A stretch of DNA of 8,225 nucleotides from a virus (IMGVR_UViG_2693429557_000018); one strand, 5' to 3'. Positions 1 through 6,645 are shown, numbered from the stretch's first letter. Numbers and translations are program-made. The notes: generated by a model not told the origin, from the letters alone.

Positions 1-65
1 GGTAGTGTCCGCTATTGCCAGTACACCTCATACTGAGGGTACTACGTGATAAGAAAGTAGTTACC

Positions 66-1025
66 ATGAAGATTATCGATAACCTCACCTTTGAACGGGC
101 TAATGAGAAGTTATCGCGGAATGGTATAGCTAATCGTATCCGTAAGGACATTACCATTGCTCAGGATGATTACATTACTAACCTCTTCCCGAAGATGCTG
201 AAATGCGGTCACTGTGGGGGCAATATTGCAATTCACTATAATCATGTACGAACTAAGTATGTTATTTGTCGTAACAGGGAAGAAAAGAAGATCTGCGATG
301 CTAAATCTATCCAGTACATGAGAATTGAAAAGAACATTCTACAGCTTGTCAAAAATGTAGACTTCAATAAATTGATGATGGAAGGTAAGTCGGATTCAGA
401 TTCATTGCTTGCATCATTGCGAGAAGAGTTAAGTACTTTACAGAAAGAGGCAGAAACCTATCAGGTTAAAATTAATGAACGTAAGGCAGCAGGTAAGAAA
501 GCCTCGTTACCATTAATGACGGGTTTAACTGAGGTACAGGATAGAATTGAAGAAATAGAATCTGAGATATTAAATTCAAAGAACATCAAAGAAATCCCTG
601 TATTTGATTTCGATATTAATAAAGTACTTGATCCATTGAATGTCGAGTTACGTGCAAAGTTACGGAAAGAAGTAAGATTAGTACTGAAATCTGTTAAGTA
701 CTGGGTTTTTGAAAAGCGTATATTTGTACAGTTGGAATACTTCAATGATGTCCTATCCCATACGCTTGTGATTGATAACAAGCGGGGCGGGGGTGAAGTA
801 CTACATGAGATCGTAATCTCTGAAACAAGCGGCGAGCGTGTCTACACTGTCAATGAAGAGGGCAAAACCGTTTTCATTGCCTCCGTTACATCTGGTACTG
901 ATATGTGGTCGCTTGCCATTAGCCGTACCAAAATACTTGATGATGTTGGATTGTATCTTAATCTTCTCAAGCGTGAAAAATTTGAGATCATTGTTAATGA
1001 AGATATGATTGATTGGATGGATTAA
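66..1025 (+). CDS. Large serine recombinase, C-terminal zinc-ribbon plus coiled-coil portion; N-terminal catalytic domain not encoded in frame in this window (split, frameshifted or truncated gene)
   Basis: Translation has the recombinase-type zinc-ribbon motif (FPKMLKCGHCGG ... YVICRN ... KKICD, i.e. CxxC...C...C) followed by a long coiled-coil-like stretch (LREELSTLQKEAETYQVKINERK...), the C-terminal module of large serine recombinases. First ATG is at 66 (a TTG at 15 has no RBS). There is an in-frame TAG at 3-5 and stops in the other two forward frames at 34-36 and 47-49, so no upstream reading frame continues into this ORF. Confidence 0.6.
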   Translation: MKIIDNLTFERANEKLSRNGIANRIRKDITIAQDDYITNLFPKMLKCGHCGGNIAIHYNHVRTKYVICRNREEKKICDAKSIQYMRIEKNILQLVKNVDFNKLMMEGKSDSDSLLASLREELSTLQKEAETYQVKINERKAAGKKASLPLMTGLTEVQDRIEEIESEILNSKNIKEIPVFDFDINKVLDPLNVELRAKLRKEVRLVLKSVKYWVFEKRIFVQLEYFNDVLSHTLVIDNKRGGGEVLHEIVISETSGERVYTVNEEGKTVFIASVTSGTDMWSLAISRTKILDDVGLYLNLLKREKFEIIVNEDMIDWMD

Positions 1026-1140
1026 AAGCTAATGAGAATTTATGGTCTTGTAGAATGAATTATGCGAGTTAATATTTGAACAATATATCTACGATGTCGA
1101 AATCTAACGGCATTGTAGATAGAGCAATAAAAGAGGGATT

Positions 1141-1230
1141 ATGAATTTTGGATATAACTACGCACCCGATGGGTTTAAGATTTCCGTGCAAAATACAGCA
1201 AATCATTTATATCAGCGTGTGTTAGAATAG
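1141..1230 (+). CDS. Small ORF (29 aa, MNFGYNYAPDGFKISVQNTANHLYQRVLE) of unknown function
   Basis: ATG at 1141 is preceded by a strong Shine-Dalgarno-like AAGAGGG with about 5 nt spacing; stop TAG at 1228-1230. Too short for the supplied ORF track. No similarity recognised. Confidence 0.2.
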   Translation: MNFGYNYAPDGFKISVQNTANHLYQRVLE

Positions 1231-1320
1231 TCAAGGGTAAAATTAACTTTTTTGACTTTTCAACGTTAAACCAGTACCATAGCGTCATTCACTAACGAAT
1301 AGGAGCGATGAAACCATGAG

Positions 1321-1722
1321 ATGAATTCTAAAGAGAGGATTGCCAAAATGCGTAAGAAAGAAAATAAAGCAAAAAAAGAAAAATTCCGTCAATTTTTCCC
1401 TGAGAATTATGATATTGGGATCTCATTGAATGAAGAGAATCAATTAAGGCTTTTTTCAAAGCGGAATGATTCTCAAGATGAGAGCTTATGCAAGTACGAA
1501 TTTTCCAACAAAATTAAAGTTCAGTACATTTTTTTGCCGTATTCTTCTGAAATTCAAGTTATAACAGATGAGTTTCCGCTAACGGAGGCAGGCTGTCAGG
1601 AGTGTACTCAAGCTTTCAAACATCCAATATCAATGGAACTAATTGAAGAGATAAAAGAAGCAAAATGTTCAGTTACTGGACTTGTCATTTATTCGAAACC
1701 TATACTAAAACTTATTAGCTAA
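1321..1722 (+). CDS. Hypothetical protein (133 aa) with a lysine-rich N-terminus
   Basis: Intact ORF on the same strand as its neighbours; AGGAG at 1301-1305 upstream of ATG 1321 (an alternative ATG at 1348 has GAGAGGA upstream). No recognisable motif. Confidence 0.5.
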   Translation: MNSKERIAKMRKKENKAKKEKFRQFFPENYDIGISLNEENQLRLFSKRNDSQDESLCKYEFSNKIKVQYIFLPYSSEIQVITDEFPLTEAGCQECTQAFKHPISMELIEEIKEAKCSVTGLVIYSKPILKLIS

Positions 1723-1798
1723 CACATCCAAATTGTTACGTTTTAAGTACTCCCTCACTAAATACTATAAAGTTGAATGTGAATGGGGGTACTTCAAA

Positions 1799-1972
1799 AT
1801 GGAATGGTTTACTAAATTACTTTACGAGATAGTAGGCTTTGTACTTTACATCTTTCTGATAATCCCAATATATATAGTGCTCATGTTTTTATCTATGATT
1901 TTAGTACTATTGCTTTCCCCATTAAAAATCAAATCGATAAATAAATACGTAGTAAGAAAAATGAAACGCTAA
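1799..1972 (+). CDS. Small hydrophobic (membrane) protein, about 57 aa
   Basis: The ORF track gives 1733..1972, but 1733 is a TTG with no RBS; the first ATG is at 1799 (MEWFTKLLYEIVGFVLYIFLIIPIYIVLMFLSMILVLLLSPLK...), preceded by a G-rich stretch. The product is almost entirely one or two predicted transmembrane helices with a basic C-terminus. Confidence 0.35.
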   Translation: MEWFTKLLYEIVGFVLYIFLIIPIYIVLMFLSMILVLLLSPLKIKSINKYVVRKMKR

Positions 1973-2082
1973 AAGTTTTGGTGCTATACTAATAGTATCA
2001 GAACGATAATGCGTTTTGCCTTCCGCTCCAGCTTTGAACATAAATAATATAGCGACAATAAATTTCCTTTTTAATTAAGATT

Positions 2083-2110
2083 GCCTCTCTTGCGAGAGAG
2101 GTATCTTTTT
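2083..2110 (+). terminator. Candidate rho-independent terminator
   Basis: Hairpin with 7-bp stem CCTCTCT / AGAGAGG (2084-2090 / 2095-2101) and 4-nt loop TGCG, followed immediately by TATCTTTTT; lies between the 1799..1972 ORF and the next gene. Confidence 0.5.
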
Positions 2111-2160
2111 AATTTGGATTTATAAATACAGTATACAAATACACCTATAAGGATATAGAA

Positions 2161-2346
2161 ATGAAAAAAGTAACTTTAAAGGAACGCAAACATCATGTAG
2201 TAACCGCACGTCTTAATGACGATCAAGTACTTGTACTTAACCAGCTAATTAGTAGTGGGAAGGTACAGAAAGATTCATTATCAGCCTGTGTTCAGTACTT
2301 AATTAATCAGTACATGATTTTACAGGGCGGTGGTAATGAAGAATGA
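2161..2346 (+). CDS. Small DNA-binding protein, ribbon-helix-helix-like (CopG/Arc/MobC-type fold predicted)
   Basis: 61-aa ORF with good RBS (AAGGA, 7-nt spacing). The pattern of a basic N-terminus, a short beta-strand-like segment (HHVVTARL) and two helices (DDQVLVLNQLI; SLSACVQYLINQY) is typical of RHH regulators and antitoxins. Assignment is from sequence pattern only. Confidence 0.5.
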   Translation: MKKVTLKERKHHVVTARLNDDQVLVLNQLISSGKVQKDSLSACVQYLINQYMILQGGGNEE

Positions 2347-2638
2347 CTTTGATTTAGTACAATATTTTGATGATTACACAATAGTAGGGGATATGGATTA
2401 TCACTATTTCTATTGTGTGAAGTATCAGGAAGGTTCATTAGAAGCACATTATGAACGAATTGGTGATCCAGAAGTATTAGGTACTATTACATGGAATGGA
2501 AATTACCTAATCGACGGATTACCAATGGTAATGTTTGTACTGGCTGCTGAAGATGAACATAAGGAATGTTTAAACCGTTTGCTAATCGTATGTGAGAAGG
2601 CGAGGGATGAATATAGGCTAAATGCTACTGGCCTCTAA
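2336..2638 (+). CDS. Hypothetical strongly acidic protein (about 100 aa), translationally coupled to the upstream RHH-like gene
   Basis: ATG at 2336 overlaps the end of the upstream ORF (stop 2344-2346) in a different frame; a GTG at 2330 is an alternative start. By hand count about 19 Asp/Glu versus 8 Lys/Arg. No recognisable motif. Confidence 0.5.
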   Translation: MKNDFDLVQYFDDYTIVGDMDYHYFYCVKYQEGSLEAHYERIGDPEVLGTITWNGNYLIDGLPMVMFVLAAEDEHKECLNRLLIVCEKARDEYRLNATGL

Positions 2639-2692
2639 GTAGTAGCAGACGCGATCACATGGAGTGACGCGATAACAACAAGGACGTTTGAT

Positions 2693-3247
2693 ATGAACCC
2701 TAAAATCACTTGGAGATTAATTCCAAATTCAAAACATTACTACGTATCTGAAAATGGCGATGTTTACAATGATAAAACAAAACAGTATATAGCTACGAAA
2801 AACCCATCTAATGGATACAAAAAAGTTTCTATTAATGGCAAATCACTATATGTACATGTTTTGGTTTGTACTTTATTCAATGGTGCTAAACCCATTGGAG
2901 GAAGATACACTGTAGATCATATCGACCGCGATAAAATGAATAACAAAGCAAAAAATTTACGTTGGGTAACTCAGAAGGTTAATAATTCCAATAGAAAGCA
3001 TAAAGGTACTCGTACTCAAAAGCTTACTCTAAAGCAATGGTTAATGATTGTTGGAGAGTACCTTAAAGGACAATTATCTCAATATGCAATCACTAAATGG
3101 TTTTTAAATCAAACTGGTATTAATATTTGCCCTCAGAATATAGGTAAGTTATTCAAAGGTACTACCTATTCAAAATGGTACACAACATATCTTACGAATA
3201 AGCAAAGACAAAGAATACAAAGCCTAACCATTCAACGTAAACCATAA
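2693..3247 (+). CDS. HNH homing endonuclease (NUMOD4-like N-terminus plus HNH_3-type nuclease motif), free-standing
   Basis: N-terminal WRLIPNSKHYYVSENGDVYN (NUMOD4-like), central GYKKVSINGK...YVHVLVC...TVDHIDRDKMNNKAKNLRWVTQKVN (HNH of phage homing endonucleases), basic C-terminal tail; RBS AAGGA 8 nt upstream of ATG 2693. Confidence 0.8.
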   Translation: MNPKITWRLIPNSKHYYVSENGDVYNDKTKQYIATKNPSNGYKKVSINGKSLYVHVLVCTLFNGAKPIGGRYTVDHIDRDKMNNKAKNLRWVTQKVNNSNRKHKGTRTQKLTLKQWLMIVGEYLKGQLSQYAITKWFLNQTGINICPQNIGKLFKGTTYSKWYTTYLTNKQRQRIQSLTIQRKP

Positions 3248-3250
3248 AAA

Positions 3251-3274
3251 ATGCCAGTATTCCAGTACTGGCAT
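3251..3274 (+). terminator. Perfect 9-bp inverted repeat hairpin directly after the homing endonuclease gene; weak terminator candidate
   Basis: ATGCCAGTA (3251-3259), loop TTCCAG, TACTGGCAT (3266-3274), 4 nt after the stop codon; followed by CTATTC, which is not a clean U-tract. Confidence 0.3.
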
Positions 3275-3368
3275 CTATTCAAAACTCAATGGCAATGAAG
3301 CCAAACTTATTAAATGGCCTGTAATCACTACGGGTCACGATTAATTAATTTATACAGGATTATTTATC

Positions 3369-3830
3369 ATGGCAAAAACCTATTCAACTTTTGATAACAG
3401 AAACATAAAAGCACTAATTAGCCAGTACAAGCTATATAAAGATATCCCATGCGAAGACATCAAGAACATCATGAAGGACTCAGTAGCTAAACTTAAAGTG
3501 AGAGATAAGATTAGTGTATATGATGTGTTTGCAGTATTGAGTAATGAAGATGAATTACGGAATGATTTACTATTCAATACTATCAATGCTATTAAAGTAC
3601 AACAGAATAAGAAACAAGTAAAAGAACGTATGATCAGGTACTATGGGGCAGCGATCACGGATGCAGCAAAACGAATAGAGCAGTATATGTTGGCACACCC
3701 AAACGCACTGCCAGCACCAGTATATGGACAAAGAACACTAACATATAAAGAGTTTGGTAAACTATTGGAACTACAAAAACAAGGTGACTTTATTGATGAC
3801 ATGATCGAGTACTTAAAGGGCTTGCGTTAA
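3369..3830 (+). CDS. Hypothetical protein (153 aa)
   Basis: Intact ORF with ATG at 3369 and AGGA-containing upstream region; no recognisable motif. Confidence 0.55.
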   Translation: MAKTYSTFDNRNIKALISQYKLYKDIPCEDIKNIMKDSVAKLKVRDKISVYDVFAVLSNEDELRNDLLFNTINAIKVQQNKKQVKERMIRYYGAAITDAAKRIEQYMLAHPNALPAPVYGQRTLTYKEFGKLLELQKQGDFIDDMIEYLKGLR

Positions 3831-3840
3831 TTGTAACTTA

Positions 3841-3923
3841 TTACGGCATATTACGGCATGGATGTATGCCGTAATACGGCAAAAAAAGCCCCTGAAACCC
3901 GCTATTTACCATCAATACGGCAA
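3841..3923. repeat. Cluster of TACGGCA-core repeats (iteron-like): two direct TTACGGCAT copies, one inverted copy forming a 9-bp hairpin, and two AATACGGCAA copies
   Basis: TTACGGCAT at 3841-3849 and 3851-3859; inverted ATGCCGTAA at 3866-3874 (loop GGATGT); AATACGGCAA at 3873-3882 and 3914-3923; A7 run at 3881-3887. Read directly from the sequence. Confidence 0.6.
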
Positions 3924-4293
3924 CTAAGTATAGAGATACGAAATCCATTCCATTTCATTCCATGTATTTCTTTCTCTATCAGTATTCCAAGAAACTGTGA
4001 CTTGCGTCACGAATACTACTCGTCGTGAACTCCTCGTAGTATTGGTTAGTAACGTTGCGTTTTTCTCGCCAGTACTCGAAAACCCGCAAGGCGTTACTAC
4101 TCGCTTTGCTCGATAGATGTTAGTACAGCAAATGAAGTACCTAAAGTGAATTGGTAAGTACGACATGCCCCGCCAGTTCCACAACTCTCGCTCTGGTCAT
4201 TTCCACTACTATGATGCTATTGGATAGCTACATAAAGTACTGGATCAAGTAGGCATTTTTTGTGTACAAAGAGGGAATTAAGAGAGGGATACC

Positions 4294-5037
4294 ATGAACA
4301 GAAAACAATTCATCCAGTCGCATGGTGCTACTTGTAGTAACTGGACTTGGAGTTGGTCATTTGTGAACCACGACAAGAAAATGGTTATCTTTGGTGCATG
4401 GGATGTACAAAAAGAGCAAGAAAGATCAGTCATTCTGAGGGAGCGGTGGAAAACCAAAGTTGTGGAGGGAAAGGAAAGAAAAAATCTTGGATATATTCAA
4501 GCTATTGAACACATTCAATTGATAGCTGAAGGTTATGAGCTTTACACGTTTGATATGGAGCAGGGACGAAACGATGAGAATAGAGATGTAGCTGTTATCA
4601 AACGGTTCACTCCAAAACTTGAAAAACGTTACCTTCGGAAAGAAGGAACAGTTTGGTATGCAGACTTTTTACCTAATCCATTTCCAGATGAAATTACCTC
4701 ACCTGAAAACTACGCTGAGGGTGCAAAAAAGCAAGTTACAGTAAACTCCTACGAGCGTGATCCAAAAGCACGACAGGCTTGTATTGACCATCATGGTACT
4801 TCCTGCGGGTGTTGTGAGTTTAACTTTGAGAAAGTCTATGGTGAACACGCCAAGGGCTTTATACACGTTCATCATATCAAACCGCTACACACAGTAGGCG
4901 AGGATTACGAGGTAAATCCAATTACTGATATGGTTCCACTTTGTCCAAACTGTCACGCAATGGTACATCGCGGTAACGAAGTATTAAGTGTCGAAAGTTT
5001 AAAAGCACTGTTGTTTAAAGACAGCAATAAAATTTGA
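4294..5037 (+). CDS. HNH-family nuclease with an uncharacterised ~160-aa N-terminal domain (candidate restriction/defence nuclease)
   Basis: C-terminal HNH signature CIDHHGTSCGCCEF ... HVHHIKPL ... NPITDMVPLCPNCHAMVH (Cys-rich zinc site, His-His, Asn, terminal His); strong RBS AGAGAGGG 5 nt upstream of ATG 4294. The N-terminal region (QSHGATCSNWTWSWSFVNHDKKMVIFGAWD...) is not recognisable to me. Confidence 0.8.
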   Translation: MNRKQFIQSHGATCSNWTWSWSFVNHDKKMVIFGAWDVQKEQERSVILRERWKTKVVEGKERKNLGYIQAIEHIQLIAEGYELYTFDMEQGRNDENRDVAVIKRFTPKLEKRYLRKEGTVWYADFLPNPFPDEITSPENYAEGAKKQVTVNSYERDPKARQACIDHHGTSCGCCEFNFEKVYGEHAKGFIHVHHIKPLHTVGEDYEVNPITDMVPLCPNCHAMVHRGNEVLSVESLKALLFKDSNKI

Positions 5038-5050
5038 ATTTATTTTAGAC

Positions 5051-5079
5051 TTGATACGACATACTTGAAAAGTTATGAA
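5051..5079 (+). promoter_or_regulatory. Candidate sigma70-type promoter for the 5120..5593 gene
   Basis: TTGATA (5051-5056), 17-nt spacer, TATGAA (5074-5079), about 40 nt upstream of ATG 5120. Pattern match only. Confidence 0.25.
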
Positions 5080-5119
5080 TACAATATGCTTTAAATTAGA
5101 CATGTAAGTTGAGAGAAAA

Positions 5120-5593
5120 ATGAGCATAACAACAATAGCAGCTACATATAAAGATGTGTTAACTATTGCTTTTTCGGCGTTGTCATTTATTATTGCATGT
5201 ACTTCCTTATACTTCTCCGGTAGGGCAGCATGGCATGATAGATCAAGGCTAAAAATAACAGCTGACCTCGTCTACGAGTCTTTTGATGAGGAACCTTATA
5301 AAATCGAGGTGATAGTGATCAATGTTGGTAGGCGTGATGCAGTTTTGGAAGGGATGCTTTGCCATTATGAAAAAGGCATTAGGAGCCATTCATCTCCAAA
5401 AGAGAGCATTGTTATTAAAGAAAAGCAAAGAAAAAAATTTGAATTGGTAAGCTCAGACTTAGTCACGATAGATAATGAATGTGATATTTGTCATTTAGAA
5501 GATATAACTATTTTAGATGTGGAGGGGAATGAACATAAAATCCCTAACTCTCACAGACTCATTGCATTACTTAAGCAAGATAAAAAGACTTAA
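5120..5593 (+). CDS. Membrane-anchored hypothetical protein (157 aa; one N-terminal transmembrane helix)
   Basis: Intact ORF 82 nt downstream of the HNH nuclease gene; N-terminal hydrophobic segment (LTIAFSALSFIIACTSLYF), then a soluble domain with a CDICH motif; GAGAG upstream of the ATG. Confidence 0.55.
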   Translation: MSITTIAATYKDVLTIAFSALSFIIACTSLYFSGRAAWHDRSRLKITADLVYESFDEEPYKIEVIVINVGRRDAVLEGMLCHYEKGIRSHSSPKESIVIKEKQRKKFELVSSDLVTIDNECDICHLEDITILDVEGNEHKIPNSHRLIALLKQDKKT

Positions 5594-5632
5594 GAATAAT
5601 ATTTTTTGGAATGTAAGGTAAATGTTAGATGC

Positions 5633-5673
5633 CACTATAGATTGAGGGTTAGAACTACTAACCCACTATAGGG
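5633..5673 (+). promoter_or_regulatory. Two copies of a T7-class phage promoter core (CACTATAG / CACTATAGGG) flanking a 7-bp inverted repeat
   Basis: CACTATAG at 5633-5640 and CACTATAGGG at 5664-5673 (identical to T7 promoter positions -7 to +3); between them GGGTTAG (5646-5652) / CTAACCC (5658-5664) form an inverted repeat with loop AACTA. The -17 to -8 region does not match T7 itself. Confidence 0.2.
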
Positions 5674-5849
5674 TTTACGAGATGATAAGAATGGAATTTA
5701 ACACCTACGATGGTGATATATATTACTTCCTCTATTTATATAGGAGGTACGAAAGGGGGAGTACTTTAATGAAGACCTTATAAATCTTAATGTTGAGATG
5801 TTAGTTATAGCGGTGAGGATACCCCACCGTCTATTGGGAGTTGTGGACT

Positions 5850-6518
5850 CTAATTAGAGAAAACGAATAAGTTATTCATGTCCTTTTTCAAGGTTGCATG
5901 TGCTTCTATTAAACTATCAAATGTATCTACTAATAACTTTCCATAGCTGACATTGTAATGATATCTATCATGAATGTCATTTATATCAAAACTTATCGCT
6001 TCCCTCAATGTTCCTAAAGCAATTTGATTACTGAAGAAATAATTATTGAATATAGCTTCATCTTTTGGCGATACTTTCCAAAAGGTAAGTGATTGCAATT
6101 CGCTTTTTAATGAGGCTAACTTAATGTTTAATAGATCGATAACTTCTCGTTCAGTTTTAACTAAATGTGCGAAATTTTTTGGTTCTATATCTGGTTCAGT
6201 ATTGTTAAGGTTGCATATATTTTCATATGTTTTCAACATCTCCAACGAAAAAAGATCGCAATTAGTCCAGAACTTAGTAACTTGATTTAAAGCATTTTCC
6301 TTTATTTTAGTTTGAAACCAATTTTTAGCGTTCCATGCTGCATATAGGGCTGCTCCAGCCATAATGAGATTGGCAATAGAACTAACCCAGTCACTAACCG
6401 ATCCCCACTCGAAACCTTCAGAACCAACAAAGAGTGATTTTATTAGTACTAAAATTACAACAACCAGTAATACTGCTACGGTCGATAAAAGAACGATATT
6501 TAATTTTCTACAATCCAT
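5850..6518 (-). CDS. Hypothetical membrane protein (222 aa; two N-terminal transmembrane segments, helical C-terminal domain)
   Basis: Intact minus-strand ORF, AT-rich; N-terminus LLSTVAVLLVVVILVLI plus a second hydrophobic segment VSSIANLIMAGAALYAAW. Convergent with the 5120..5593 gene. No recognisable catalytic motif. Confidence 0.55.
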   Translation of the reverse strand: MDCRKLNIVLLSTVAVLLVVVILVLIKSLFVGSEGFEWGSVSDWVSSIANLIMAGAALYAAWNAKNWFQTKIKENALNQVTKFWTNCDLFSLEMLKTYENICNLNNTEPDIEPKNFAHLVKTEREVIDLLNIKLASLKSELQSLTFWKVSPKDEAIFNNYFFSNQIALGTLREAISFDINDIHDRYHYNVSYGKLLVDTFDSLIEAHATLKKDMNNLFVFSN

Positions 6519-6592
6519 CGAAAGTAGTTCCTGAACGCATTAAAGGGGCAAATACTTTACCATCCGAAACACAATCAAGTACACTACCCGTT

Positions 6593-6645
6593 CACGTACT
6601 GCTCACATGTTGGGTTTGTTATTTTGTTGGGGTGAGCAGTACGTG
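6593..6645. repeat. Perfect 14-bp inverted repeat with a 25-nt loop containing a direct GTTGGG repeat
   Basis: CACGTACTGCTCAC (6593-6606) and GTGAGCAGTACGTG (6632-6645) are exact reverse complements; loop ATGTTGGGTTTGTTATTTTGTTGGG. Lies 6 nt beyond the stop of the 6651..6962 gene, at the AT-rich to GC-balanced transition. No adjacent U-tract on either strand. Confidence 0.7.

Noticed and set aside
15-65. TTG start at 15 for the recombinase ORF
   Set aside because: No RBS upstream and only 10 nt after an in-frame stop; ATG at 66 is preferred, though the real gene is probably disrupted anyway.
461-781. 106-aa ORF on the minus strand
   Set aside because: Lies entirely antisense within the recombinase ORF; low-complexity Ser/Thr/Asn-rich translation typical of a spurious antisense frame.
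2121-2128. TATAAATA, identical to the T4 late promoter consensus, upstream of the RHH-like gene
   Set aside because: An 8-mer of this composition is expected about once or twice by chance in AT-rich DNA of this length; not enough to claim a T4-type late promoter.
3380-3586. 68-aa ORF on the minus strand
   Set aside because: Antisense within the 3369..3830 ORF; no RBS and no motif.
3851-3887. Hairpin TTACGGCAT / ATGCCGTAA as an intrinsic terminator for the 3369..3830 gene
   Set aside because: It is followed by an A-run, not a T-run, on the plus strand, and on the minus strand the T-run precedes the hairpin; treated as part of the iteron-like repeat cluster instead.
3924-4184. 86-aa ORF on the minus strand in the repeat-rich intergenic region
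   Set aside because: Opposite to all neighbouring genes, no convincing RBS, Cys/Arg-rich unusual composition; the region is better explained as repeat-rich non-coding DNA.
5646-5664. GGGTTAG-aacta-CTAACCC stem-loop as a tRNA anticodon arm, and tRNA genes in general
   Set aside because: No T-loop (GTTCGA-type) or acceptor-stem features anywhere nearby; no tRNA-like cloverleaf identified in the window.
6046-6285. 79-aa ORF on the plus strand
   Set aside because: Antisense within the 5850..6518 membrane-protein gene.
53-6529. 10-bp direct repeat GAAAGTAGTT at 53-62 and 6520-6529 as possible element-flanking att duplications
   Set aside because: Exact 10-bp repeats between two arbitrary positions are expected many times by chance in 8 kb, and both copies sit in RBS-like contexts next to start codons.
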